From NCBI RefSeq assembly GCF_001194135.2, contig NC_068988.1, positions 57,734,025-57,798,024 of the forward strand: a stretch of 64,000 nt of DNA, written 5' to 3'. This DNA is from Octopus bimaculoides (Eukaryota). Positions within the stretch are counted from its first letter, which is position 1, and every line of letters begins with the position of its first letter. The notes below the pieces were generated by a model. It was not told the origin of the DNA and made no database searches. It saw only the letters and a program-made list of their open reading frames with translations. The position numbers and the translations under genes are program-made. Below, piece by piece: positions 26,431-39,448 of this stretch.

Positions 26431-27327
26431 CAACACACCACAATAGAATCACCCCCAATTCTTGGGAGTCTGTTAATTAGCTGCCATTCTGCCATTAGTT
26501 GAGCTTCAGTGGTGGTTGGCATTCGTTAGCAGAATATGTTAAACATAAAGTGCTAGGTAGATTTACGACTGTTTAATCCAACATAAACAGTCACCTTTGT
26601 TAAAGGAAGCAAGTGTTAGACCATTCTTCTTATAGATTAACTTCCCCTTGGGGTATCGAGTTGAATGATATTTATTGGGGGTTAGTATTCGGATTTGTGT
26701 GTTTGTGTGTGTGTGTGTGTTGAATTGTTAATTTGTTATGTTAATTCTGTGGTTCCATACCATTATTTATGGAGTTGAGGAAAGAGGACAAAAAAAAAGG
26801 GACCAACTAGAAACAAAAACTAAAACAATCCCTTCAAATTAAAATATTGCCTGATGGAATTACATCTTACCATTTTTGACTGCTAATTCCATTTTTGTCT
26901 TTCTTTTATATTTTTTAATTTTTTTTTTTTTTTCCACTTTTACCTGATGTGGGTAAGTAGCTTGGCTTAGAACAAGTGTAAGAAGGGAGAAAATATTCCA
27001 ATGATTGCTTTTAGATAATGACAAAAAGTGTGTTTTTTTTTTTAAATAAAAAAAACCCAATAAAATAGTAGAGCAGAACTTGATGGAATAAAAGGGAAAA
27101 AAATGTTTAAATTTATTTATTTATTATATAAAGGGATAAGTATGTCTCTTGAGACAACAACTAGTTCTACACCTATGAAGTTCCTCCAAGATGTAATCCT
27201 AAAAAATTTATATATATATATAGAAAGAGAGAGAGAGAAAGAGAGACAGAGACAGACAGATAGATAGACAGACACACAGACAGAGAGAGACAGATTGACA
27301 GGCATTCCTGTCTTCTANNNNNNNNNN

Positions 27328-27358
<31 letters not shown>

Positions 27359-27398
27359 CATACATAAACACCAATGCACACACATATATATAGTTATG

Positions 27399-27470
<72 letters not shown>

Positions 27471-28014
27471 AGAGAGAGAGAGAAAGAGAGACAGAGACAG
27501 ACAGATAGATAGACAGACACACAGACAGAGAGAGACAGATTGACAGGCATTCCTGTCTTCTAGCCATCAAACTTTCTGAAGAGCTCAAGCTTGAAATGTC
27601 TACACTTCTACTTTCTTAATCTCTCGTTAAATGTCAAACTAATAATTACACCTTGCTTACACCATGTTTTCTGTATAGTTGTTCTTGTCCGCAATTTTGA
27701 ACACACACACACACACATATATATATACATGTGTGTCTGCATGCATGTATGCATGCATGTATGTCTGTTTTAATTTTTATTTGGAATCTCCTTCACTTCA
27801 CTCAAGTCAGTAATATCCTAAACATTCAAGGAATTATTCAGAACAATGTGGAAACCAATATTTGTTCTTGATACATGAGTTAATTTTTAATCTTGAGGCT
27901 TTTATCGTTGCATCAAATCTTGGAATGGTAAAGCAATTAACATTAAAGCTAATTTCCATTGCAATGGCATTCAGTAAACTTTATTTGAATAAACTACTTT
28001 TACTTACTATCCTG

Positions 28015-29310
28015 CAAGGTGCATTCAAAAAGTATTCACCTTTATTTTTCCCCACCAAAACTAATGCTGCATGGGCAAAGCCCTTTTGATGGAAGGTGAT
28101 GCCATTTTTCCAGCGCATGTGTAAAAATTTTCATACCACCAGGCCATGTCATTTCCCAGCTGTTACGAATTTTCACACGAGATGACCAAACGCATCAAGC
28201 AGAGACCATAAACTCATACCTCATCGCCAGTGGTGACTGTTTCCATGAAGTCTGGGTCATGGTTTACACAATCCAGCAGGTTCTGAGTGATTTCTATGTG
28301 GTGTTGCTTCTGCTTCTCTGCCAACATCTTGGAGGTGAATCTTGCTGACACTCTCCTCATGCACTAATCTTCTGTTTAAACGAAATGCAGATTCTGTGCT
28401 TATTTCCACTTTGTAAACAATTTTCTGGATTGTTACACAATGGTCTTCCATCACTATTTACTGAACCTTCTCAATTGGCTCCTCGTTTCAGTATGGGTAT
28501 GACCTGCCTGAGCGTGCCTTGCTCTCCACTGAGGTGCAGCCATGACTGAAGTGGTTGTACCACTCTGTTATCTGAGTTTTGCCCATGGCATCATTGCCAA
28601 AGGCTTACTGAATCTTCCGGATGATTTGAGCTTGTGTATCCTGAAGCTTTTGGCAAAACTTGATGCAATATTTCACCTCGAGAAATGTGAAGACGCAAGC
28701 TGGAAAGCGGAGCATTTTCCAATCGAAGTTGGATGTAGAGGGTTTGTAGGACAAAGTGTGAGACGACTGCTGTTATCGTTAGGCCTAACTCATCATAAGG
28801 TAAATACCACCATGACCGATATCCAAAATACAATGGAGAAGGCTAGCCACTGGATTTGGTTAAAAAGAGACGATGAGCGATGGCTAGAGAAATATTGAGC
28901 TTTGTTTTTAATAACCAGTTGATCTAGCAAGTGGGGCCTCATATCAGTGAAAGGGACCGGTGCGCATTGATGCCGTCGAGAGGTAGGCCCCGAAACAGCG
29001 CGCATTCTCTCCTGATGACACCATACACTTGCTGGCTTCCAGTATGCGGAGTTCTCGACTGGTAGCACTTGCATGAGTGAGTTGTTTGCAAGACATCTTG
29101 ATGCATTCAGTGAAAATGAAAATCTGAAAAGCATGCACGACACATCTATTCTAGAGCATAACAGCTAGGAACTGACATGACCTACTGGCATGAAAATTTT
29201 CACACAAGCACCGGAAGGGTGGTATCACTTCCCATCCAAAGGATTTTACACACATGGCATTAGCTTTGGCAGAAAAAAAATGACATTTGATACTTCATGA
29301 ACACACCTTG
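28015..29310 (-). mobile_element. Decayed mariner transposon interrupted by a retrotransposon
   Basis: TIRs CAAGGTGCATTCAAAAAGTATT / CAAGGTGTGTTCATGAAGTATC with TG/TA flanks. Transposase reads MSCKQL|EVKYCIKFCQKL..EWYNHF..VESKARSGR..MRRVSARF..TGDEV*VYG. The 3' half is deleted. Confidence 0.85.
28683..29078 (+). mobile_element. 5'-truncated HERO-like REL non-LTR retrotransposon
   Basis: KCEDASWKAEHFPIEVGCRGFVGQSVRRLL...EKASHWIWLKRDDERWLEKY*, then a GC/CpG-rich 3'UTR ending GAGT. A GAG duplication sits at both junctions. Confidence 0.75.
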
Positions 29311-29979
29311 TATTCTAGTTTTGATGACAAAATGACAGATAATATTTGCAGCAATGTTGAGATGCAGAATATAATGCTTAGCAGGAGTTAAGATAATATT
29401 CAACCTGCTACATTCTGATTTCAAATCCCATCAAGGGGGTCAGCATAGTCTTTCATCCCTCTGAGGGGTTGATGGAATAATGAATAAATAACAGTAAGGT
29501 CAATTCAATTAACAGCAACAAAGCATTCCACTGTGAAAATTAACCATTTTACCACATCAAAAGAAATCAATTATATCGAACAAAAGAGCCTGTATACCAA
29601 TGCTTTTTCAATCTTTTAAAGATGACAGTATGCTTTCCTTTCACTAAAATTAAGATAACATATAAATAAAATTAATTTTTAATTAAATATTGTAAATATA
29701 CACTGAGAGATGTGAGACCTGCTAGAAATAAGAAACAAAGCTCCCTCAAATCACACTCTGTCATCATCAGTGATGTTTTTATATTCATGCATTTCGTGCT
29801 AGTTTGTGATAGAATAAGTCTTCTGGGGCTTCTGTTCTATGGCTGGCTCCACTTCCTGACACCAGATTTTAATTGTTTACAAGTAAGGTGTTTTATGTCA
29901 CATTTTTGCGGTCAAATTACTGAGTTGTGTCTATCCCACATTGTTTATGTGGGAGATAAACAATATCTCTATTGTCCAG

Positions 29980-30032
29980 GTGATCCCAGTGTGAAAACAC
30001 ACGATAACAAACACAGACGGGCATGTGGTGAG
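29980..30032 (+). other. Candidate small exon (GDPSVKTHDNKHRRACGE)
   Basis: TCTCTATTGTCCAG acceptor and GAG|GTGCGT donor. Phase-compatible with 21155-21271. Confidence 0.25.
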
Positions 30033-30069
30033 GTGCGTGTATGTGTGATTGCATATTCATTGATATACA

Positions 30070-30255
30070 TGGTGGAAGTTGACTCATGGTGCTATCTAGA
30101 TTTAATACACTTGATGAGAAAGTAAGTTATGGACTTTCTAAGGCTCGTGGTGCATTTGGAAAGCCTGAATTGAGGCTGTGACCACAATCAGATATCAAAG
30201 AAGAAATGAAAGTTGAGGTGTATCAAGCATGTTTCTTAACTATGCTGTTGTAAAA
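30070..30255 (+). mobile_element. RTE-clade LINE RT C-terminal fragment
   Basis: [58 protein letters not shown] resembles the RTE motif DEEI..RI.KA..AFG.L..RLW..I...TK..VY. Confidence 0.7.
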
Positions 30256-31846
30256 GAATAAAAGGATACATTTATATGTGCACCTGGCCTTCCATACAGC
30301 CTCTGTCAATGAAATTTCAATCACAAGGCATTAGGAAATCCATGGATACCAAAAAAGATACAAGTCCAAGATGCCACAATGTGGATGCAAATCAAAAATG
30401 ATGAAGTTGTAAAGCAAAATTCATAACCACCCACACAGTGATGTCTACTGTCTTAAAAATGGAAGATCATATTAGACACTTGTCTGTAATCTTTTGAGGA
30501 TGATGTCACGCATTTGTTTCACTAAAAAATGAGATGACAAACAATAAATAGACAATATTTTTTAATTAAATATCGNNNNNNNNNNNNNNNNNNNNNNNNN
30601 NNNNNNNNNNNNNNNNNNNNNNNNNNNNNNNNNNNNNNNNNNNNNNNNNNNNNNNNNNNNNNNNNNNNNNNNNNNNNNNNNNNNNNNNNNNNNNNNNNNN
30701 NNNNNNNNNNNNNNNNNNNNNNNNNNNNNNNNNNNNNNNNNNNNNNNNNNNNNNNNNNNNNNNNNNNNNNNNNNNNNNNNNNNNNNNNNNNNNNNNNNNN
30801 NNNNNNNNNNNNNNNNNNNNNNNTAAAAAATGAGATGACAAACAATAAATAGACAATATTTTTTAATTAAATATCGGTCATTAAACAGAAAGGTGTAATT
30901 GATGTCACATGTGTGAGTAAGCATATTTGGTCAAAATAAGTAATCATCATCATCATTGTTTAACGTCTGCTTTCTATGCTAGCATGGGTTGGACGATTTG
31001 ACTGAGGACTGGTGAGCCAGATGGCTACACCAGGCTCCAATCCGATCTGGCAGAGTTTCTACAGCTGGATGCCCTTCCTAACGCCAACCACTCCGAGAGT
31101 GTAGTGGGTGCTTTTACGTGCCACCGGCACGAAGGCCAGTCAGGAGGTACTGGCAACGGCCATTGCAAATAGGAAAAACACTAGAGATAAAATATTCTGA
31201 CTCACAACGGACAATTTCACAACACACACACATCAGAAATTATTGTACTATGTGGTCGTTCAACTTGCTAGGAATAGCAGTCAAATGTTCCTCAAGTCAC
31301 TTAGAAAGATCTTTAAAAAAGAATAGTATAGTCTTAGACAATACTGTGATAGATATACAGGGAGGCAAGATAGTCATGGTTAGTTCACCTTTGATCATAA
31401 TTTTGCTTGATAACAGCTAACAAGAGGGTTAATCATCAACTACAACAAATCAGTTGTCTTTCAGAGGGTTAAAAACTAACAGCTTCCAATATTTTTATCA
31501 TAAAATTATTTACCAATTCTTCATCACAAGAATATCAACATCATTTCATTAACCTAACTTTGGAGAAAATTGAAGTTTAAAATCAATCAATCTTAATTAA
31601 TTAATGTGTACCTGTTCCTGTACTTTTGAGTGCGTGTGTAAACCGTGTTTGTTGTGTGTACTTGTGTGGGTATACCCATGCATGTGTGTGTAAATACACA
31701 TGCATGTTTGTATGTATGTGTGTAAATACACTGGCATGTTTGTATGTATATGTGTATAAGTGTGAACATGTGTATGCATTTACTTGTGTATGTATGCGTA
31801 AGTGTGTATGTCAATGTGTGTGCGTGTTTATGTTTGTGTACTTCTC

Positions 31847-31877
<31 letters not shown>

Positions 31878-32716
31878 GTGTGTGTGCATGCATGTATGTG
31901 TATATGTATGTCTGTATTAATATTTAAGTTCTTTTCTCTCTCTCTTTCTGTCTCTCTCCCCCTCTCTCTCCTATTTCACTCTCTCCCACCTCTCTCTCTC
32001 TTTCTCTCTCCTTCCCCTCTCTCTTCCTCCCCATCTCCCTCTCTCGTACCCTCCTCTCTGTAGAAAGAGCATGTTACTAACATGCATCTATGGTAGGAGG
32101 TAACCAAAGTGAGGAAATACTAATCAGAGGAATGAGGCTGGCTGGCTGGCTAGTGACNNNNNNNNNNNNNNNNNNNNNNNNNNNNNNNNNNNNNNNNNNN
32201 NNNNNNNNNNNNNNNNNNNNNNNNNNNNNNNNNNNNNNNNNNNNNNNNNNNNNNNNNNNNNNNNNNNNNNNNNNNNNNNNNNNNNNNNNNNNNNNNNNNN
32301 NNNNNNNNNNNNNNNNNNNNNNNNNNNNNNNNNNNNNNNNNNNNNNNNNNNNNNNNNNNNNNNNNNNNNNNNNNNNNNNNNNNNNNNNNNNNNNNNNNNN
32401 NNNNNNNNNNNNNNNNNNNNNNNNNNNNNNNNNNNNNNNNNNNNNNNNNNNNNNNNNNNNNNNNNNNNNNNNNNNNNNNNNNNNNNNNNNNNNNNNNNNN
32501 NNNNNNNNNNNNNNNNNNNNNNNNNNNNNNNNNNNNNNNNNNNNNNNNNNNNNNNNNNNNNNNNNNNNNNNNNNNNNNNNNNNNNNNNNNNNNNNNNNNN
32601 NNNNNNNNNNNNNNNNNNNNNNNNNNNNNNNNNNNNNNNNNNNNNNNNNNNNNNNNNNNNNNNNNNNNNNNNNNNNNNNNNNNNNNNNNNNNNNNNNNNN
32701 NNNNNNNNNNNNNNNN

Positions 32717-32773
<57 letters not shown>

Positions 32774-32780
32774 TAATAAC

Positions 32781-32835
<55 letters not shown>

Positions 32836-32954
32836 GTTTCAAATTTTGCCACAAGGCCAGCAATTTTAGGGGTGGTGTTAAGTCGATTACATCGACCCCA
32901 GTGTTCAACTGGTACTTATTTTATAGCCTGGAAAATTTGTAAATACTCCTAAAA

Positions 32955-33202
32955 CTGTAATTCTCAATTGGGGTCCATATAAGAATTTTGGGGATCCATG
33001 TAACAAAATAGTAAATTGGGGATCCACAAAAGTATTCTAAGGGCCCCTGAAAAAATTTTGCTTTAGATGTATGTGTTTGTATGTATTGTAAGAAACAGCT
33101 GGATTTCTTTCTCTGACATTTTGCATCGAATGGCTAAGGGGTCCACCAGAATAAAATAGCAATCAAAGAGGTTCATAAATAAAAATTGGTTGAGAACCCC
33201 TG
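32955..33202. mobile_element. hAT-type MITE
   Basis: Ends CTGTAATTCTCAATT / GGTTGAGAACCCCTG. The 8-bp flanks are TCCTAAAA / TCCTTGAA (6/8). Confidence 0.65.
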
Positions 33203-33470
33203 TCCTTGAAGAGAGAAAAAAAGGTTGCCAGCAGGTGGCTACAGAAAATCAAACCCTGTATCCCTCAGATACCAGCTGAGCATTCTGTACCATTAAACCA
33301 AGCAGACCTTAACAACAATTACTGTCTATTATAAAGCTAAATAGTAGCTTTTGGAATGTAAAAGCAAATATATTAAGTTAATGAGAGGAAAGAGAAGAAT
33401 ACACAGAATGGGGAAAAAAAAATAGGAAAAGGCAGAAACAATAGTAAAATTAGTAGAATAGTTATAACAG

Positions 33471-33508
<38 letters not shown>

Positions 33509-33637
33509 ATTTCAACGGTATACACTATTAATAATGTAAAACTATTCAACAGGACTTATATTAACAATGATCTTCTGCAAATATAACCATGTTAAACAAA
33601 GAATTTCAGAATCGGAAATTGGAATTAAAAGACTCAC

Positions 33638-33678
33638 CATCTGGCACATCAATATTTCTTTTATAATTCATGTTATTT
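33638..33678 (-). other. Candidate 41-nt exon (NNMNYKRNIDVPD)
   Basis: Donor ATG|GTGAGT and acceptor TTCTGTTTGCATTCCTTACAAAG (weak AAG). Confidence 0.25.
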
Positions 33679-34109
33679 CTTTGTAAGGAATGCAAACAGA
33701 ATAATACCCTATTATTAAGTACTTTGTTTACCAAAACTAAAAACTGGTTTTTAATTATAATTACATGTATTTAGCAAAGATGCATGGCCGAGTCATTAGG
33801 CATGTTGCACTCACGATTGTGACATCGTGATTTCAATTCCCAGACCAGCTACATGTTATGTCCTTGAGCAAGGTACTTCATTTCATGTTGCTCCAGTCCA
33901 CTCAGCTGTAAATTAGTGACCCCCATGACAGACTAGCCTTCTGATCAGGTGGAATGTTGGCCTACTTGCCTAGTCAGCAGGGTAGCATCATTCAAAAGCT
34001 AAAACAATGGAAAGTGCACTGTGACTAGTGATGTATAACAACACTTGATAGTCCAGTTGATTAAAGGATCACATAATATGGATTAAAGTAATGAATTGCT
34101 AGAGTCTTT

Positions 34110-34560
34110 AGAGTGTCTGTGAGCAGAAGGAGTCCATTAACCTGTAGGGAGTAATTCATCTAGGGGAAGGAAAACTCTGATTCCAAACTTCCACTACTTT
34201 GTGGCTATACCCAGCCATGGAAAAGGCTTTGAGAATAAACCCTATAGGAAAAAAATCACAAGCCAGAGCCCCTGAGGGAAAATTTGGAGTCAGATCCCCT
34301 ATGGCAGGTTGACATGGTCTACAACCTCATTCTGGCAGCTCCTGTGACAACACTGGTGCCTAATTATGACAGCCATGCTGTTCCCTTGGATCTATCAGTA
34401 ACATAAACAATAGGGTACATGCTGCATGGGCAACAACCTGTCTTCCATGCCATACTGCCCCAGACTTGGATCCTATCAAAGACTCTACACAGGAGAGATT
34501 GAACCAGATAACAGGACAGAGAGAACACTCTGGCTTCATCTATGGCATTAGGACAACACA
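34110..34560 (+). mobile_element. RTE-clade LINE 5' region relic
   Basis: GGGGAAGGAAAACTCTGATTCCAAACTTCC...GGAAAAGGCTTTGAGAATAAACCC recalled as RTE 5'UTR-like. Confidence 0.45.
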
Positions 34561-34781
34561 GAGAAGAATAGTTACCTGTGATAAATCATCATTACAACTT
34601 ATACAGCACCAGGACAGCTCAGAAGTGCAGATAGTGTAACAGAGACTGCTATTCATGTATTGGACTATTTAGCCACAGGCAACACTGTCCAAGCTTTGAT
34701 AAAAGAAAATAGAAGAGGATCAGTCAATTATGATTTCATTCAACATATTCTCCTCTCAGATTTGCACACTTATTGCAGCAG

Positions 34782-34839
34782 TTGGGTTAGGGTTAGGGTT
34801 AGGGTTAGGGTTAGGGTTAGGGTTAGGGTTAGGGTTAGG
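34782..34839 (+). repeat. Interstitial telomeric array (TTAGGG)8
   Basis: TTGGG + 8 perfect TTAGGG + TTAGG. Confidence 0.95.
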
Positions 34840-34884
34840 CCTTTCACAATACCCTTAAAGCCAGGAACTTTTTAACACTCCTTC

Positions 34885-34922
<38 letters not shown>

Positions 34923-36756
34923 TATATCTATATATATAACTACATGTTGTTGACAAAGTTTTCTGCTTTGTAAAGGTAATTTATCCACTATTTCTGCTGT
35001 TCTAATGGCAATTCTGCATTTGAAAAAATATCTAATTTGTAAAAAAAACACATAATACACACACACGCACACAGGTCACTGCAATGCACTGATTCGGACA
35101 TGTATTTATATGCATAGATAGGACCTTTATCCATAGTCATTAATGACAGACAAATGCTAAAGAAGTAGTGTCTGACAGGACCTGGCAAGCCAGGGAGCTG
35201 CACCAGGCTCAACTCGTCCGTTTCAGCATTGTTTCTATGTCTGGATTCCCTTCCTAATGCCAATCACTTTACATAGAGTACTGAGTGTTTTGTATGTGGC
35301 ATGATAGAACCAGTGTTCTACATGTGGCACCAGCACCAGTGGTTTATATGTGGCATCAGCATGGATGCTTTATACATGGTACCAGCATGGTTGCTTTTTA
35401 TGTGGCACCAGCATGTATGTTTTATTTAATTTCAAGAGTTGGCTATAATTATCTAATGCATATGTATGTGTGCATGTGTGGCTGTGTGAGAGAGCATGAG
35501 TGTGTGTGTGTGTGAGCATGCGTGTGTGTGCATGCGTGTGTGCGGGTATGCCTCTATGCATGCATGTGTGTGTGTGTGTGTGATATTGTAAACAGCGACA
35601 GACATTAAATAAAATGACCTCTATCAAATTTCCTCCATCCTAAAATACCAACACCAACCTATCCCCTGTTGTATTGTGACCCTTACCAATCCTTCTTAAT
35701 TTTAAACAGTTCTGACTGTATACTAATTGCAATAACAACCCCTTGTTATTCAATGGTGGTGGTGGTGGTGGTGGTGGTGGTGGGTGGGGTGATCACCCTA
35801 TCTGATTGGATCTAGAAAAGAGCTATGGCCATTGACCCTACATCATCAGACTTAACTAATGTAACAGAGAATTTTTCTATACATACATACATACATACAA
35901 ATGCACATAAACACACACACACAAGTACTGATACACGCATTCACACTCCTTCTTACACATGCACAGAAGACATATACACATACCCATTCTTTTCTATACA
36001 TGTACACACACACAGTTTCACATTCACTCTTGCATACACATACACTTATTCTATTGTACACACACATAAATGCAAACTCAAATACACACTCTCTCTCTTT
36101 CGCATATACACATAATCTTTTTTTACACACACACACACATACACATATGCACACACACACACACGCACACACTGACACTCTCATGCACACACATACTCTA
36201 TCTCCTTTACACACACATACACACTTTCTCTCTCTTTCTCACACACACTCTCATGCACACACACTCTCTCTCTCCTTCACACACACACACACTCTCATGC
36301 ACACATACACTCTCTCTCTCCTTCGCACACACACACACACACACACTCACACACACTATCATGCACACACATACTCCCTCTCTTTACACACACATAAACA
36401 CACACACTCTCTCTTTCTCACATACACACACACAAATACACACATACTATCATGCACACAGTCTCTAACAGACACACACGCACTAAAACAAATACATATA
36501 CTCACACAAACACATCCCTAAATATTCACACACACAAGCATATACAAACACATACACACACATGTACTTCCATACTTACTAACTACTACAAATATATACA
36601 TACACATACATGCAAACATACATATATATATATATACATATACACACACACATACATATGTACGTCCACACATACATAGATACATATATCATCTTACATA
36701 CACATGTATATATATGTATATACATATACACATACATACATACATACATACATACA

Positions 36757-36792
<36 letters not shown>

Positions 36793-37449
36793 CATGCATA
36801 CATACATACAAATTCATGTAAATATATTCCTTCTTTCAAGTAAGGCGATCTGAGGTAGTTACCATACACCACCCCACCGCCTCTTCAAGAGGTCATACAC
36901 CACTCTCAACCCCCACATGTCAGTGAGTGAAAATTAAGTTGAAAACAAACATTAAATTTGACATTGTGACATTCACTCAATGCAATTTGAGTTCAATTTT
37001 CTGTGGAATACAATAATGGAGAAGATGCAGCTGAATAGTATTTTCATGTTAATGTTCTTGATCTTGTCTGTGTCCTGAATATGGCTTTAAACTACATCTG
37101 GTTGTAGGATCCTGGTTCAAGAATTTTGAATTTTTGAAGAACCACTTCTTAGTCAATATTGTCCCAAGTTCAAGGCGGTGAGCTGACAAAATCGTTAGCA
37201 TGCCGGATGAAATGCTTAGCAATATTTCGTCTGTCTTTACATTCTGAGTTCAAATTCTGCCGAGGTCAACTTTGCCTTTCATCTTTCGGGGGTCGAAAAA
37301 TTAAGTACCAGTTGCATACTGGGGTCAATCTAATTGATTCGCTCCCCTCTCCCCCCACAAAAAATTTCAGGCCTTGTGCCTGGAGTAGAAAAGAATATTA
37401 TTCCAAGTTCTACTCCGACTCAAAGCAGTTGCATCTTTAAGGGTCCCAG

Positions 37450-37750
37450 CTTTGAGAAGGCACATGGCCTAGTGGTTAGGGTATTTTGCTCATGATCATA
37501 AGGGTGTGAGTTCAATTCCCAGCAATGCATTGTGTCCTTGAGCAATGCACCGCCGGGTTGTTCCAGTCTGCTCATCTAGCAAAAATGAGTAGTACCTGTA
37601 GTTCAAAGGGCCAGCCTTGTCACATTCTTTGTCATGCTGAAAATCCCTGAGAACTACATTAAGGGTATATGTGTCTGTGGAATACTCAGCCACTTCCACA
37701 CATGTTGATTTCATGAGCAGGCTGTTCTGTTGATTGGATCATCTGGAACC
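37450..37750 (+). mobile_element. tRNA-derived SINE with a distinct 3' part
   Basis: TGGCCTAGTGG A-box, GAGTTCAATTCC B-box and TGTCCTTGAGCAA core. Confidence 0.7.
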
Positions 37751-38247
37751 CTGACAGAGTGAAAACTGGATCTAGTGGGCTCTGGGGAAGAAACCTTCAT
37801 GATTCATCAAATAGGAAGACAGATGCTGCAATGCACTGTGGAGTGCAGATAAGACAAGTAAGACATCTTGGTCATCCCCTGCATCCATCTCCATCCCCAG
37901 TTATCTTGATCCGGTCTTGACCTGACCTTGCCACTGGTCACTAGCTAGCAAATGACGTTGACAGAGCACAACTCTTCTTCACTTTAACTCTTTTAATACC
38001 AACCCACCTAATACTGTCCTGGAGCCTTTAATACAAACTTCCAGCCTTAAAATGATTTAAATTAAATTCTTCTATCAAAGCTTCATAGTAATTCACTTCC
38101 CAAAAACCAGCTTAACAATGACAATCATTTTAATAAATTCTTCATTATTCTAAGAATCAAATGAAACAAAGGCAGGGCATTTCAAGAGAAATTTGGCAAC
38201 AAAAGGGTTAGACAAAGTCGCTGAGTAACTAAGCAGTCTTCCTTAAG

Positions 38248-38293
38248 GATGGTCCTTGTCACTCCAACAGACACAAATGTTGTTTATCCACAG
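38248..38293 (+). other. Candidate 46-nt exon
   Basis: Strong donor CAG|GTGAGT and acceptor GTCTTCCTTAAG. All three frames are open. Confidence 0.2.
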
Positions 38294-38359
38294 GTGAGTA
38301 ATTCTGCTTGGTCTACTTACATTGTGCAATGAATCTATTTTTAAAGTAATATAATAATA

Positions 38360-38571
38360 CAGGGTGTCCACAAAGTCTGGGTACATGGGGATTAACACAT
38401 ACTTTAAGAAATTATTATTTGTTATATTTAATCGTTTATGTTATGATTTTATTTACTCCATGTACCCACATGGGGATTAACACATACTTTAAGAAATTAT
38501 TATTTCTTATATTTAATTGTCTATGTTATTATTTTATTTTTTTTATGTACCCAGACTTTGTGGACACCCTG
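38360..38571. mobile_element. Tc1/mariner-type MITE with perfect TIRs and an internal direct duplication
   Basis: TA-CAGGGTGTCCACAAAGTCTGGGTACAT ... ATGTACCCAGACTTTGTGGACACCCTG-TA. An ~85-bp internal segment is present twice. Confidence 0.9.
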
Positions 38572-39017
38572 TATAATGGGGATTTAGCTGCTATTTCTAG
38601 CAGCCATGTGAAGATTCCCATGGTTACATGTTTAGTATAAATTGTTGCTGCTGTTGTTTATTTTTTAGTCAATCTTTATTGTACAGACGCAGACCTAAAC
38701 CTATGATCAAAAACACTCCTGCCATGACCATCCTACTTTTTGGGGGGTTTTTTCCCTGCATTATGTACTCTTGACGTCACTAGTTAGTATGTCCCTCCTT
38801 ATTTTTCATGTGGTAGGATGTGATAACAAAGATTTTTAGCTGCTATTTCTAGCATGTCAAGTAGGCATATAGAGGTCTCCTTTGTTATAAAGAAGATGAG
38901 TGATATAAGGTATTAGGGCAACAATAGTAATAAAGGATATTAGAGTAGCAACATTGATGGAGACATTTAGAGCAGCCACTGCAATGGTAGGCATAAAGAC
39001 AACAGGTGGGGCTGTAT

Positions 39018-39448
39018 CATTCCAACCATACGGTCTTCGGTTCAATCGGACAAGTGTGTTTTATTACAGAATCGGGCCAACTAAAGCCTTGTGAGTGAAT
39101 TTGCTAGTTGGAAAAGTGTGTATGCGCGCGCGTGTGTGTGTGTGTGTGTGTGCACGTGTGTGTGCATGTGTGTATGCGTGTGTGTGCATGTGTATGCGTG
39201 TGTGTGTATGTGTGTGTGTGTGTGTGTGTGTGTCTTTGTGCTTGTACTATGTTTGTCCCCACCATCCTTGACAACTGGTGTGGGTTTGTTTATGTCTCCG
39301 TAACTTAGTGGTTCAGCAAAAAAATTCGATGAAATAAGTAACAGGCTTAACAATAATAAGTACCAGAGTCAATTTGTTTGACTAAGCCCTTCGTGGCAGT
39401 TCTTGCATGGCCGCCATCCAATGACTGAAACAAGTAACAGATAAAAAG
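39018..39448 (+). mobile_element. SINE family B, sense orientation, with expanded internal (TG)n
   Basis: Reverse-complement match to 55450-55844. Confidence 0.75.

Noticed and set aside
26871-26943. Minus-strand MELAVKN|GTAAGA start exon
   Set aside because: It sits in a poly-T run, its phase does not fit neighbouring candidates, and such signals are expected by chance.
27215-27560. ~105-bp exact direct repeat either side of a 10-N gap
   Set aside because: Most likely overlapping contig ends left unmerged by the scaffolder.
28985-29025. GAAAC...CTGATGA in the HERO 3'UTR as a type II hammerhead
   Set aside because: There is no GUH/stem III and no stem II complementarity.
30522-30876. ~53-bp exact repeat flanking gap 30576-30823
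   Set aside because: Same assembly-overlap artefact pattern.
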